A stretch of DNA of 64,000 nucleotides from an uncultured Candidatus Saccharibacteria bacterium (GCA_964403205.1 CAYOER010000002.1:4259-68258), one strand, 5' to 3'; positions 19,323-29,932 are shown, numbered from the stretch's first letter. Notes: generated from the sequence alone by a model not told the origin. Program-made: numbers and translations.

Positions 19323-20672
19323 ATGGTAAAGATTGTCCAAAATGGAGATAAAGTACTGCGAAAAAAAGCAGATCTTGTTCCTATTGCTGATATTGGATCA
19401 GATAAAATAAAGCAGATCCTAGATGATATGCAAAGTGCTCTAAAAAGAGAAAAAGATGGTATAGCTATAGCAGCACCACAGATAGGACAAGCTCTGAGAA
19501 TCTTTATAGTCTCTGGAGAAGTATTGCGCACTGCAGATAAGAAATATAAAGGCGATAACTCCAATCTAATTTTCATAAATCCAGAAATAATAAAAATCTC
19601 AAAAGAAAGACAAGAAGTAGAAGAAGGTTGTCTATCTGTAAGATGGAAATATGGAATGATGAAAAGAGCAAGAAAAGTAAGTATAAATGCATATAATGAA
19701 AGAGGAGAGAAGATAGAGCGCGGAGCTAGTGGTATACTCGCTCAGGTTTTCCAACATGAAATAGATCATTTGAATGGTATTCTCTTTATAGATAATGCTT
19801 ATGATATTAAAGATTGCCCACCAGAAAATGAGAATGTTAAAAAAATAAAAATCGGATTCTTTGGTACTCCTGATTATGCAGTGATGACATTGGATAAGCT
19901 ATATGAAGCAAATTATGATATTGCTTTTATAGTAACTGCAACAGATAAGCCGAAGGGTAGGAATCTCATAGTCACTCCACCACCCGCTAAAGTCTGGGGA
20001 TTGGAACATAATGTTCCAGTATTACAACCAGATAAATTAAGAGATCCTAATTTCGAAAAAGAATTAAGAAAGTATAATTGTGATGTCTTTATCGTTATTG
20101 CCTATGGGAAAATAATCCCAGATAATATTATCAATATTCCAAAAGCAAAAACTCTCAATATCCACGCTTCCCTATTGCCGAAATACAGAGGATCATGCCC
20201 TATAGAAAGTGCAATCCTAGCAGATGATAGAGAGACTGGAGTAACAATAATGCGTATAGATAATGAAATGGATCATGGACCTACAATAATACAGAGAAAA
20301 GTGATATTGGAACCATGGCCACCGAAAAAAGATGAACTGGGTAAATCTCTAGTTGAAGTAGGAAATAAATTATTAATTTCTATATTACCTAACTGGATAA
20401 ATGGAAAAATAAAAGAAAAAGAACAGAATCATCTAGAGGCAAGCTATACAGAAAAAATAAAAAAGGAAAATGGACTTATAGATCTAGAAGATGATCCTTA
20501 TAAGAATTATTTGAAAATACAGGCATACGATGGCTGGCCAGGTACATTCTTCTTTAAAGATAAAATTAGAGTAAAGATTACAAAAGCAAATTTCAGAGAA
20601 GGTATGCTCTTCATAGAGAAAGTCATACCCGAAGGTAAAAAGGAAATGCTTTATAAGGATTTCCTGAGATAA
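19323..20672 (+). CDS. def-fmt: Peptide deformylase / methionyl-tRNA formyltransferase fusion
   Basis: GIAIAAPQIG, EGCLS, HEIDHLNG (Def), then FFGTPDYA and NIHASLLPKYRG (Fmt), all in one ORF. Confidence 0.9.
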   Translation: MVKIVQNGDKVLRKKADLVPIADIGSDKIKQILDDMQSALKREKDGIAIAAPQIGQALRIFIVSGEVLRTADKKYKGDNSNLIFINPEIIKISKERQEVEEGCLSVRWKYGMMKRARKVSINAYNERGEKIERGASGILAQVFQHEIDHLNGILFIDNAYDIKDCPPENENVKKIKIGFFGTPDYAVMTLDKLYEANYDIAFIVTATDKPKGRNLIVTPPPAKVWGLEHNVPVLQPDKLRDPNFEKELRKYNCDVFIVIAYGKIIPDNIINIPKAKTLNIHASLLPKYRGSCPIESAILADDRETGVTIMRIDNEMDHGPTIIQRKVILEPWPPKKDELGKSLVEVGNKLLISILPNWINGKIKEKEQNHLEASYTEKIKKENGLIDLEDDPYKNYLKIQAYDGWPGTFFFKDKIRVKITKANFREGMLFIEKVIPEGKKEMLYKDFLR

Positions 20673-20821
20673 TCTTCAGAAGTAACAACTATGTTTTCAC
20701 CGATTATCTGAGCTTTAGCTGTAAGATAATATAGAACTACCCAGAAAGCCATAAGTGATATGAGTGCAATACATAAATATTGATTAACTTTCTGTTTAAA
20801 AAATTCTGGAATATGATCCAT
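20651..20821 (-). CDS. Small membrane protein (56 aa, not in ORF track)
   Basis: Manual translation MDHIPEFFKQKVNQYLCIALISLMAFWVVLYYLTAKAQ...; starts 4 nt after the hpf stop. Confidence 0.5.
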   Translation of the reverse strand: MDHIPEFFKQKVNQYLCIALISLMAFWVVLYYLTAKAQIIGENIVVTSEDYLRKSL

Positions 20822-20824
20822 AAT

Positions 20825-21211
20825 TTATTCTATATTATTTGTTTTATTACCAGGCCAGAGACCTTTTATAATATTTTTTATCCTTGCTCCACCTCTTCTA
20901 ACTAAAGATATTTTCTTTGCCTTCAATGATCTTACCTCACGGAGCATTTCATCTCTCACTACATCTATCGCTCTATATATATCTTTCTCTTCTGCACTAG
21001 CATAATGATTTTTATTCTTTGCTATTATATGTATTTCCGCACGGAAAATATCACCGGTTTTATGATGCTCTGTTGTCTTTGCAAGCTCTATATCACACTG
21101 TGCTGATGGATCATTCTTGAATAACTTTTCTATTGCATCTAATCTCTTTGCTACATAACCATATATAGCACCTGTCAAAACCATATTTGTATTCTTGATA
21201 TTTATATTCAT
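20825..21211 (-). CDS. hpf: Ribosome hibernation factor HPF/RaiA
   Basis: MNINIKNTNMVLT...FRAEIHI...ASAEEKDIYRAID. Confidence 0.88.
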   Translation of the reverse strand: MNINIKNTNMVLTGAIYGYVAKRLDAIEKLFKNDPSAQCDIELAKTTEHHKTGDIFRAEIHIIAKNKNHYASAEEKDIYRAIDVVRDEMLREVRSLKAKKISLVRRGGARIKNIIKGLWPGNKTNNIE

Positions 21212-21265
21212 ATTTTATTTCTTATTTTTATGATTTATATTATCTAATACTATAATTATACAGGA

Positions 21266-21490
21266 CTATTCTTCTTTTGTCTCAATACTCAATATTTTGC
21301 TAGGTGAATGATGTCCACTTATTATCTTTATTGATACATTTGGATACATTTTTCTGAATATTTCTAGTATTCTATCATTAGCCTTATTATTCTTGGCCTC
21401 TTCTCGAAGTGATATATCATAATGATCATCTTTTATCTTCTCTATCATTTCCCTTTTGGCTTTTGTCCTTACCTTCACTTTTATATACAT
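21266..21490 (-). CDS. DUF167/YggU-like protein (true start likely 21490)
   Basis: MYIKVKVRTKAKRE...EEAKNNKAN...IISGHHSPSK. The longer ORF call overlaps the tRNA. Confidence 0.8.
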   Translation of the reverse strand: MYIKVKVRTKAKREMIEKIKDDHYDISLREEAKNNKANDRILEIFRKMYPNVSIKIISGHHSPSKILSIETKEE

Positions 21491-21520
21491 ATTTGGTATT
21501 ATAGCAAAGTTCGAGAATAT

Positions 21521-21593
21521 TCCGCGATAGCTCAGTCGGTAGAGCGCCTCGCTGTTAACGAGGATGTCCCAGGTTCGAGCCCTGGTCGCGGAG
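21521..21593 (+). tRNA. tRNA-Asn (GTT)
   Basis: Acceptor stem tccgcga/tcgcgga, D arm gctcagtcggtagagc, anticodon arm cctcg-ctGTTaa-cgagg, T arm ccagg-ttcgagc-cctgg; no encoded CCA. Confidence 0.97.
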
Positions 21594-23288
21594 CAAGGTA
21601 GGACGCACATACTCAAAAACCTCGTTTCGACTTGATAAATCTTCAATTTTTTCAGGTTCGAACTGAGGTTTTTTGGTCTTTGCATCAATCAGTCCATTTA
21701 TAATTATTGAGTACAATTTTGTGTTGCTAACATTGAGTTTTTTCTCTTTTAAAGTTAGGTTCGAACCGATTTCCCACAAAGCTGATTTCTTCTCCTCAAC
21801 TGTTCCATTCTTGAATATTTCTGATATTCCTACGGCTAGATCGAACGCTCTGTGGCTCTCTTTAAGCCTCTGTGGGTCGATATTGTTCATACTTTGTAGT
21901 TCCTTTCGAATAGTCTCTATTTCACTCCCTATAACCGATTTAGAGCTTATAAATTCACTATCATTGAGTAATCCTCGAGTTTTCATAAACACTAATTCTT
22001 GATACTCTTTTTCTTTCTGAGTAAGTAATTTTTCGACTGATACTTTCTTGTCAGATTCATTATTTTTTTCTGATGTATCCAATTGATATAGGTTTTCTAT
22101 ACACCAATCACTTAGTGATTTTGATATTTTTAAATTATTTTGAAAATACGATGATAGATAACCATCTATATATGATTCTTGTACACAACCCTCTGGACAA
22201 TCTGGATGTGCTCTTTTTGTGCAGTGATAGTAGATATAGTGTAGATATAATGGGTCTTTCATATCACCTATTTTTATTTCACATTTTGGACAATTTGTTT
22301 TATTTGAATATGAGAATTTGTGCTTACAGTTTGAGCAGATGAGCTGATGCTTATGTTCTGCAGTTACCGAACCTCCACATGTTCCACATTTAGTCTTTCC
22401 AGTATAGGCAAAAGTCATTATGTTTTTATATGGTCTTGGTCTACCACGAACACCAAGTATTTTTTGATTATCCCAGTATAATTCCTCGGATATTATTCTT
22501 GGAACACTATCATTGAGTTTATGTCGTTCACCATCCTTTGTAATAAAAAAGCCAGCATATATAGGATTTTTTAAAATAGTATCGGTTACATATGATAATA
22601 CTAATTTCTTACCACCCTGTTTTTTATGTTGTGGCGTTCTAAGTCCCATCTTTTCATTTGCTTCTCTCATAAGTCCACGAATAGAGTATTTTCCTGTATG
22701 AAATAACTCATGCATTTGGCGAACTAAATTAAATCTTTCTTTATCGATTATCCATCCTCTACTTCCAGGTTCTGCTGACATATCATTAAGATACCCTATA
22801 GGAGCAACACCACTTGGATATCCTCTCTCAACCCTTTCTCGCATACCCCTTTTTGTATCTGTACTCAAATCTCTTATGTATTGATTTGCCATACCAAGTT
22901 CTACTGCCATAACTATCACATTATCTTCAGGATAATAACTTCTACCAAATGTATGAATATGTTTAATTAATCTTTGTTGTAACATCCAACTTACAGTTCC
23001 TCCATCTACAGGATTACGAGCAAGTCTGTTTAGTTTCCAAACAAGAAGTCCCTCGGCTTCACCTTTGTTTATTCTTTCAACCATCTCTGTAAATATCGGT
23101 CTGCCAGGTGCCTTTGCGGATTGTGATTCTTCAAAAATCTTAATAACCTCAAGTCCATTTTCTTTTGCGAAATCACCTAATTCTCTTTTTTGTGCATCAA
23201 TTGACTGTACTTGCCTATCCTCAGTATCGCTCGAGCGACGGCAATACATAAAATACTTTATTTTTTCTTGTTTTGATTCCTTATACAT
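21555..23288 (-). CDS. Large serine recombinase (integrase) with zinc ribbon; C-terminus encoded antisense to the tRNA
   Basis: YCRRSS catalytic motif, WKLNRLARN, recombinase domain (LKNPIYAG), CGTCGG/CSNC/CPKC/YYHC, coiled coil. Confidence 0.93.
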   Translation of the reverse strand: MYKESKQEKIKYFMYCRRSSDTEDRQVQSIDAQKRELGDFAKENGLEVIKIFEESQSAKAPGRPIFTEMVERINKGEAEGLLVWKLNRLARNPVDGGTVSWMLQQRLIKHIHTFGRSYYPEDNVIVMAVELGMANQYIRDLSTDTKRGMRERVERGYPSGVAPIGYLNDMSAEPGSRGWIIDKERFNLVRQMHELFHTGKYSIRGLMREANEKMGLRTPQHKKQGGKKLVLSYVTDTILKNPIYAGFFITKDGERHKLNDSVPRIISEELYWDNQKILGVRGRPRPYKNIMTFAYTGKTKCGTCGGSVTAEHKHQLICSNCKHKFSYSNKTNCPKCEIKIGDMKDPLYLHYIYYHCTKRAHPDCPEGCVQESYIDGYLSSYFQNNLKISKSLSDWCIENLYQLDTSEKNNESDKKVSVEKLLTQKEKEYQELVFMKTRGLLNDSEFISSKSVIGSEIETIRKELQSMNNIDPQRLKESHRAFDLAVGISEIFKNGTVEEKKSALWEIGSNLTLKEKKLNVSNTKLYSIIINGLIDAKTKKPQFEPEKIEDLSSRNEVFEYVRPTLLRDQGSNLGHPR

Positions 23289-23376
23289 ATAATAATATTA
23301 TTTGCTTATAATCCTTAAACAACACAGTACCGCTAGGTTCTAACAAGTCCACCCCTAGTTGTCCCCAGCTAGAAAA

Positions 23377-24927
23377 TCAAAAATCACCCTCTAAAGTTTT
23401 CTTTAAATCAGTAAGGTAACTTTCAACGATTCCACCCATTTGTGGTTCTATTTTTTCCACATCAACCATTAAATCATTTAGAAAAGTCTCTATAGAAAAT
23501 GTGATGTCATGCTCTTTATAAATTATTGGTTCTATTTTATCCACCATACGATAAAAGTCGTTATTTAATAATTTAATGATTTGCTTGAGAGCATTTGTCT
23601 TTTCACTTATTTTATAAGTTAAATCAATTTCATATGTCTTAGATAATCTTTTAAAGATTTCTTCATATCCTAGTAAGATGGCGTATTCTTTTAATAATCT
23701 ATGTTGATTAATGTATATAGACACATTACTTATTAACTTAAAATCATCAACTTGTTTTTTATAGTCCACGACAAATTTCTTATCATTTTCTAAATAATAT
23801 AAACTTTCACCTGTTATTATTTTTCTTGTTTCCTTAAATTTAAATATATCTCTTGTTTTATTCTCAACTTTTAGCTTTCCCAAATCAATCAATTCCTGAA
23901 TCATTATTATTGCTTCTGCTTTAGCATTAAGCCATTTTATAAAGATTTCATCATGTGGCAATTTTGTATCAGCACCATTACAAGTTTCTTTATTTTTACT
24001 ATTATATAAGGGTATATAATCCTCAGTAAAAAGACCATCATCAAGCCATGTAAGTATAGTATTTTTTAATAATTCACATATATCAATTACATTTTCCTCT
24101 GCATACTTCTTAATTTTTTCTATTAGAATTTCATTTGAATCATTTGTTTCATTTCCTATGTATATTTTATTATTGTCTGCCCACTTTTTAACTACTTCTA
24201 ATATTGGCAAATCAGCATAATATTGATAAAGATTCCACTCTTCACTTGCTAATCCATTCTCCTTGAATACAGTATGATATTTATTACGAAGTGACTCGAT
24301 TATTAAATTAGTAATCTTTTCCTTATCTTCTATATCTAACTTTTTCTTATTATTAAATATAGACGCAATAGATTCTTCTTGATCAAGATATTGTCTTTCA
24401 GTTTCTGCATCTGGATACAATGTTAAAATATCCTTTTTAATGTCGTCGCTTAAACTTTCAAACGCATATCTATAGATAACCTGCTCAAATTCAAGACCAC
24501 TATTTTGAAGGAGGATATTTAATGCATTATTATCATCTATTTTAAGACCAAGACCATGAAGACGTTTAAAATATTCACTATTTTTTTTGTAATTTGACCA
24601 TTCAATAAAATCTACAAGTCTACTTATTTGCGTATATGAGATAACGGCATGTAAATATATTGTCTGTGCATCAAGTATCGCAAATCCAGCTAATCTCCAT
24701 CCGTCATTAAAACGATTATATTCTCTTGCTTCACTATTTTCCTTTGGTCTCCAACCATCACTTATTGCATGTCTATCTGCCTTAGTTAAGATTCCCTTGC
24801 CAGTTTTATCCTCTTCTATATAACTATGTACTAATAGTAATACTCTATCCTTAGGGGTTAAGTTTCCATTTTGTAATGATGTTATAAGTTTTTTCATGCT
24901 ATCTTTTCTTTTTAAGAAACTGCTCAA
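23377..24927 (-). CDS. Hypothetical protein (element-borne)
   Basis: 516 aa ORF with no recognised motif. Confidence 0.6.
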   Translation of the reverse strand: MSSFLKRKDSMKKLITSLQNGNLTPKDRVLLLVHSYIEEDKTGKGILTKADRHAISDGWRPKENSEAREYNRFNDGWRLAGFAILDAQTIYLHAVISYTQISRLVDFIEWSNYKKNSEYFKRLHGLGLKIDDNNALNILLQNSGLEFEQVIYRYAFESLSDDIKKDILTLYPDAETERQYLDQEESIASIFNNKKKLDIEDKEKITNLIIESLRNKYHTVFKENGLASEEWNLYQYYADLPILEVVKKWADNNKIYIGNETNDSNEILIEKIKKYAEENVIDICELLKNTILTWLDDGLFTEDYIPLYNSKNKETCNGADTKLPHDEIFIKWLNAKAEAIIMIQELIDLGKLKVENKTRDIFKFKETRKIITGESLYYLENDKKFVVDYKKQVDDFKLISNVSIYINQHRLLKEYAILLGYEEIFKRLSKTYEIDLTYKISEKTNALKQIIKLLNNDFYRMVDKIEPIIYKEHDITFSIETFLNDLMVDVEKIEPQMGGIVESYLTDLKKTLEGDF

Positions 24928-25111
24928 TAAATTCGACCCTATTATTTAAATCTACAACCTCAATAACTTTTGCTAATGCTATCGCAATACGAGATACCGT
25001 CAGTGCATGTCGTAGAGTAATTTTCCTTTCTACTACATCTCTCATAGTTTGAGATAGAAGTTCAGCGGTTTCTTCTATACTTATATGTTTATTTTTTTCT
25101 TGATTTTCCAT
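24899..25111 (-). CDS. Hypothetical protein
   Basis: 70 aa ORF, overlapping and co-oriented in the operon. Confidence 0.55.
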   Translation of the reverse strand: MENQEKNKHISIEETAELLSQTMRDVVERKITLRHALTVSRIAIALAKVIEVVDLNNRVEFIEQFLKKKR

Positions 25112-25119
25112 ATTTTTAA

Positions 25120-25509
25120 TTACATACCTTCAACAATCTCATACCAAGCTTTCACTTCTGATGCCTTGCCATCCTTTATTATTGTCTTATAAAGTGCCAT
25201 GAGTACATTTGGAGTAAGTTTGCGTGACCAAGTATTTAATCTATGTATTAATCCATCTTTTTCCAATTTCCTATTCCAATCTGTAAGAGTTGCTAAGTCC
25301 TTTATATCAAATCTTTTAGCAAACTCTGTCTGCGTTTTAATTCCAAGTAGACTTATGGCAAGTTCATCATCTATTCCAAACTTCTCTAGTACTTGTCTTG
25401 GTTGACCACGAAGAACTGAGGGGATAGCTTTCCACATAGCATAGGATTCAAAATCTTGTGTTTTATAGACCCCTTGATTTTTGGCATTTTTTGGCATTTC
25501 AACAATCAT
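25120..25509 (-). CDS. HTH protein, possibly terminase-small-subunit-like
   Basis: TQTEFAKRFDIKDLATLTDW HTH, then LYKTIIKDGKASEVKAW; follows phage-type methylases. Confidence 0.5.
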   Translation of the reverse strand: MIVEMPKNAKNQGVYKTQDFESYAMWKAIPSVLRGQPRQVLEKFGIDDELAISLLGIKTQTEFAKRFDIKDLATLTDWNRKLEKDGLIHRLNTWSRKLTPNVLMALYKTIIKDGKASEVKAWYEIVEGM

Positions 25510-26261
25510 ATTTTTTCAGCTTTTTTACCTATGAGTTTTTCTAATCTAATGATTGAAGTTGAGATATATGATGGTTCAAGATCAATCCCTATACATCTTC
25601 GACCTAGATGCTCTGATGCAATACATGTACTACCAGAACCTATAAAAGGATCGTATATGTATTCTCCAATCTTGGTTGAGTTTGGTATTAGCTTTCTTAA
25701 TAATCCTATTGGCTTTTGGGTAGGATGCAGTTTGGATTTTACTGGTTTAGGATGAAATATTACACTCTTTGCTTTACTCCTTTCCATTTTATGTCTGCCA
25801 TACCATCCATACGCTATAAGCTCGAACATTGGTAAATAATCCTTTCTACCTAATACAACATGATTTTTCAGCCAGATAATCATTTGACTATAGTAATAAC
25901 CTGCATCTTTCATTCCTACTCGTAATGCTGGGTACATCATGTCTCCATTAAATATATAGCAAGCATTGTATGATTCTAGATGAGGTATCGCTACTTCTAA
26001 CCATGTCTTAGTAAATAGAGAATATTCATTATCACTTTGAAGCTGGTCTCCAATAATCACCTTATCCGTATCAATACCAAGCTTATTGAAATTTCTTTTA
26101 CCCTCAACATATGCAACCCCATAGGGAGGATCTGAGATAATTGCTCTAATTCTTTTATCACCTATAACTTTACTCACAAACTCTTGATTGAGTGAATCCC
26201 CACATGCGATCACGTGTTCACCCAATCTGTATATATCTCCTTGTTGAATATTCATTTTCAT
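25506..26261 (-). CDS. N4/N6 DNA methyltransferase
   Basis: SDPPYG, HPTQKP, DPFIGSGST. Confidence 0.9.
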   Translation of the reverse strand: MKMNIQQGDIYRLGEHVIACGDSLNQEFVSKVIGDKRIRAIISDPPYGVAYVEGKRNFNKLGIDTDKVIIGDQLQSDNEYSLFTKTWLEVAIPHLESYNACYIFNGDMMYPALRVGMKDAGYYYSQMIIWLKNHVVLGRKDYLPMFELIAYGWYGRHKMERSKAKSVIFHPKPVKSKLHPTQKPIGLLRKLIPNSTKIGEYIYDPFIGSGSTCIASEHLGRRCIGIDLEPSYISTSIIRLEKLIGKKAEKI

Positions 26262-27562
26262 AATAGTTTTGCTTTTTTATTTGTAAATTTTTCCCAACGG
26301 TCCAAGCATACAGTTGCGAAAATTAAATCCTGTTCTACTCCTCTCCATTTTCTATTAAGTTGTTCACAGGCTATCAGGTCACTTCCACCTCCAGCAAACC
26401 CACTAAATACAATCTGTCCGGGGGCACTGCATCTCTTCAAGGGCTTTTCGTTTAAGGTAACTGGCTTTTGTGTCGGATGATTATAGTCTTGAGCATTATC
26501 TCTTTTTTCTAGCCATATATTTATTATGTCTATTATTTCCTCATGTACTTGATTGCCACTACCTATTTCCTTATTTAATAATTCATTTGAATTCGTAATA
26601 TTTTTATTCAATAATGGCTTACCAATAGTTCCATATACGCATGGTTCGTATGCTTTATTGAATGCCACCTGTGGAGTCATATTGAAATTATTCTTTATCC
26701 ATAAACATACTCTTTTACTATCGATTTCATTTTGACGGAACAGTGTCTGTATAAGCCAGATGTATCGTTCATCACACCAGTAGAATACATGTGCATTAGG
26801 TTTTGCGATTGATAATGTTGCTTTAATACTCAAATCTATAAATAGAGCATAAACACCATCCTTTTTTGAATCTTTCTTTCCAGTATATGAACCTTCATAT
26901 TTTCCAGATGTACTTATACCTTTTGAATAATCAAGACCAATATTATATGGAGGATCACAATAGATAAGATCTGCAAGATCAGACCCCATAAGTCTCTGTA
27001 CCTGTTCTGATACGGTAGAGTCTCCTACTAAAAGTTTATGGTCTCCCATTTGCCATATTTCCCCAGGCTTCACTCTAGCTACTTTAGTCTCCTTTACGGC
27101 CCTTTCAATATCAAAATCATCATCTATAACATCCACATCATCGAACAGAGCTTGTAAATCCTCGTCGCCAAAGCCGACCTCGAGAAGTAAGTCCATGTCT
27201 AATTCTTTCAACATTTCTTCATTCCAGCTTCCAGTATTTTTATTTAATCGTAAATTTAATGTTTTTTCTTCTTTTTCATTCAATTCTCGACTTGGTATCA
27301 TTACATTGATTTCCTCAATTCCTAAGTCTGCATATATTTTCACACGCTGATGTCCACCAATCAGAATATTCTCTCGTGTTCCTGTATTCAGAACAACAGG
27401 TACCACAGTGCCGAACTCCTTTATTGAATCCTCGAGGTCTCGTCTCTCATTTTCAGTCATTTTTCGAGGGTTATATTCTGCTCCAAGTAAGTCTCTAACC
27501 TTACGCTTGGCATTTGTCCATATTAGTGCTTCTTTTATTGTATTTGTATTGTTTTTTGTCAT
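26258..27562 (-). CDS. ParB/Srx-like N-terminal domain + DNA methyltransferase (phage type)
   Basis: YNPR...GGHQR...LRLNK ParB-like part; DPPYN, HPTQKP, FAGGGS. Confidence 0.9.
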   Translation of the reverse strand: MTKNNTNTIKEALIWTNAKRKVRDLLGAEYNPRKMTENERRDLEDSIKEFGTVVPVVLNTGTRENILIGGHQRVKIYADLGIEEINVMIPSRELNEKEEKTLNLRLNKNTGSWNEEMLKELDMDLLLEVGFGDEDLQALFDDVDVIDDDFDIERAVKETKVARVKPGEIWQMGDHKLLVGDSTVSEQVQRLMGSDLADLIYCDPPYNIGLDYSKGISTSGKYEGSYTGKKDSKKDGVYALFIDLSIKATLSIAKPNAHVFYWCDERYIWLIQTLFRQNEIDSKRVCLWIKNNFNMTPQVAFNKAYEPCVYGTIGKPLLNKNITNSNELLNKEIGSGNQVHEEIIDIINIWLEKRDNAQDYNHPTQKPVTLNEKPLKRCSAPGQIVFSGFAGGGSDLIACEQLNRKWRGVEQDLIFATVCLDRWEKFTNKKAKLL

Positions 27563-27650
27563 TTTTTGTATCTTCCTGCTTTCTATACTATATATAGGTT
27601 AGAAAACAGGAAGTTCATTAAGGCTTGTAAATAGTTAACCAATTTGACTA

Positions 27651-29678
27651 TCATCCAGACGAATCATTAATTGACTCTGAAATAGAATCGAACCATTCAT
27701 TTTGAGCTAGTGACATATGTCCTGTATCTTCCTGCTTCTCCATATCTATAGAGAGTTGGGAAACAGGATGCTCAGTATCATTTGCACTAGGTATTCGATA
27801 GTATGCTTTTCTTCTATTTTCCTTTGATATTTCTTCTTTAGGAACTCTCACAATAGCTCCAGACTCTTCGGCAATCTTTATTCCATCATCTATGGCTGTT
27901 TTACCAAATTCATCTTTTAGAATTTCATGTAGTTCAATTCTGTTCTTCATACCTTCTGAAAGAATTGTGGTAATAGCTTCTGATACCTCTTCTGCTTTCT
28001 TTTTCTTATCATCATAATCACCCACATATTCAATTCCTGATGGACATAGTTTGCCTTTATCATTAGTATTATTCTTTAAAATTTTAATTTCAAAAGGCTT
28101 AAGCTCCTCATCTTGGCGTAATTTACTTTGTTTAATAATAAGCTGGTCTGGTTCATCCTTCTTTTTCTCAATAGATATATGGCAATCTACCGCTGCCAAA
28201 ATATCAGAAGACCCTCTCATCATTTGTCCTAAATTACTAGGGGCAAATCCTTGTTGTTTCCTATGATGATGTGTAAATAGAATCGATGCCCCTGCACCAA
28301 GTATCTTCTGTAAACTACTAAATACCTTCGCCATACCTTTTGCATCATTTTCTTCTTGATTGTGAACCCTAACTAATGAATCAAGTATGAGAAGCTTAAT
28401 ATTTTTTTCTTTTACAATTCCGAGTATATAATCACGAACAGATTCAATATCAACCTTGATACCATTTTGAGATAGATAGTAAATATTATCTGTATCTTTT
28501 GCTCCAAACAATTCCAGTCGTCTTTTTAATAGTCTTATATGATCCTCCTCATCAATGATCAATACTGCTCCTTGTGTTACATTAAACTTTCCAAATACAG
28601 GAATATTTCTAGATACACATATAGCTGTGTGAATTGTTACCCAAGTCTTACCATCTCCCGGACTACCAGATATTACTGTCATACCTTCCTTAGGAATTAA
28701 GGATTCAACAACCCACTCAGCATTACCAAAATCATGTGCTAAAATTTCCCCAATGTTCCAAAGATGATGTTTAATTTCAGAAACTTTCTGTCTCCCAGCT
28801 ATTTCTCGTTTTAGTATTCCTTCTATAGTATCATCCAACTCTGTTTTTCTCTGTTGGAATGGTTCTGGTGATTTGACAACACATCTATCCCATCCATATA
28901 CTGCCAAGCGAGCTAATTCAACTTCCTCTGGTGTGGTGGCATTTTTTAGAGCTAAACCAGCTACTTGTGCTATAGCCATATGTCTCATTCCATCACCAAC
29001 TTTTACTCCATTTTTTAAGATATCCGATACAGGAATTTTTTCTTCATCAATCTCATTATCAGAATCTTTAGGAACTGCTATATCTAACTCATCAAGTGTA
29101 CATCTTGCTTCTGGTTTATATGATATTGTTTTTATCTCAAAAGGGTTTTGTGGGTCCTTTAAATGAAAAGTATATGGTAGTCTAAGCACACGAGAAGGAT
29201 CAATAGGGTTCTTATCACCCTTGAAAAACTTAACTACTCGTTTTTGAACATCTCTCCATCTTGCAACATTTTCTACTGTTGGTTCGAGTTTCTCTGGATA
29301 TAGCCAGATGAAATGAGCACCTTTTTGAGTGCGATTGATAATTGTTGGTGCTGGTACACCTGCGTCTATACCACTCATAAGAGTTTCTTGAATCTCTCTG
29401 CTTTTTTCTTCCTGTGATAATTCTATAGCTACATCAAAATCAGTATAGTTACCATTCAATGATAATAATTGAGCCTGTGTAGCTGAACCACAGGATGGAA
29501 ATCCATTAACTGTAAAGAAAACACCATATCCTCTTTCATTCCATGATAAATCAAGTTCATTAGTGCCTTGTATAACTGTTTTATTTACATCATGAATATA
29601 ACGGAACCTTGTATCTGGGAATAGAGAGATAAATTCTTTTTGGCTAAGAGAATCTTTTATATTTATTTTAGTTTCCAT
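27651..29678 (-). CDS. Primase (RepB/AEP-like) + AAA_25 RecA-type helicase
   Basis: TQKGAHFIW, DPSRVLRLPYTFHLK; GSPGDGKT, LLILDSL, HHHRK, RGSS. Confidence 0.88.
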   Translation of the reverse strand: METKINIKDSLSQKEFISLFPDTRFRYIHDVNKTVIQGTNELDLSWNERGYGVFFTVNGFPSCGSATQAQLLSLNGNYTDFDVAIELSQEEKSREIQETLMSGIDAGVPAPTIINRTQKGAHFIWLYPEKLEPTVENVARWRDVQKRVVKFFKGDKNPIDPSRVLRLPYTFHLKDPQNPFEIKTISYKPEARCTLDELDIAVPKDSDNEIDEEKIPVSDILKNGVKVGDGMRHMAIAQVAGLALKNATTPEEVELARLAVYGWDRCVVKSPEPFQQRKTELDDTIEGILKREIAGRQKVSEIKHHLWNIGEILAHDFGNAEWVVESLIPKEGMTVISGSPGDGKTWVTIHTAICVSRNIPVFGKFNVTQGAVLIIDEEDHIRLLKRRLELFGAKDTDNIYYLSQNGIKVDIESVRDYILGIVKEKNIKLLILDSLVRVHNQEENDAKGMAKVFSSLQKILGAGASILFTHHHRKQQGFAPSNLGQMMRGSSDILAAVDCHISIEKKKDEPDQLIIKQSKLRQDEELKPFEIKILKNNTNDKGKLCPSGIEYVGDYDDKKKKAEEVSEAITTILSEGMKNRIELHEILKDEFGKTAIDDGIKIAEESGAIVRVPKEEISKENRRKAYYRIPSANDTEHPVSQLSIDMEKQEDTGHMSLAQNEWFDSISESINDSSG

Positions 29679-29679
29679 A

Positions 29680-29925
29680 TTATTTAAAAGTTATATTCTG
29701 ACAATCTTGACAAAAACCAGATATAATAAATTCTCTCCTACTACGAGAATCTATAATATTCTCATGTTTTATAAGCTCACTACATGAAGGACAAGATGTC
29801 TTTAATAAAAGCTTTGATATGAATTCTATTTGTTGGTTTAAATTATTTTTCATATTGCAGTCAGGTTTCCGATTAGAGTTCTGGTGCTGACTGCAAAGTC
29901 TTTTCACCAAAACCCTAATCGACAA
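29680..29925 (-). CDS. Small Cys-rich protein
   Basis: CPSC...SRREFIISGFCQDCQ Zn-finger-like; the start is probably later than called. Confidence 0.5.
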   Translation of the reverse strand: MSIRVLVKRLCSQHQNSNRKPDCNMKNNLNQQIEFISKLLLKTSCPSCSELIKHENIIDSRSRREFIISGFCQDCQNITFK

Positions 29926-29932
29926 CCAAAGA

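Noticed and set aside
21491-21688. N-terminal extension of ORF 21266..21688
   Set aside because: It overlaps tRNA-Asn and the recombinase; the DUF167-like sequence starts at 21490.
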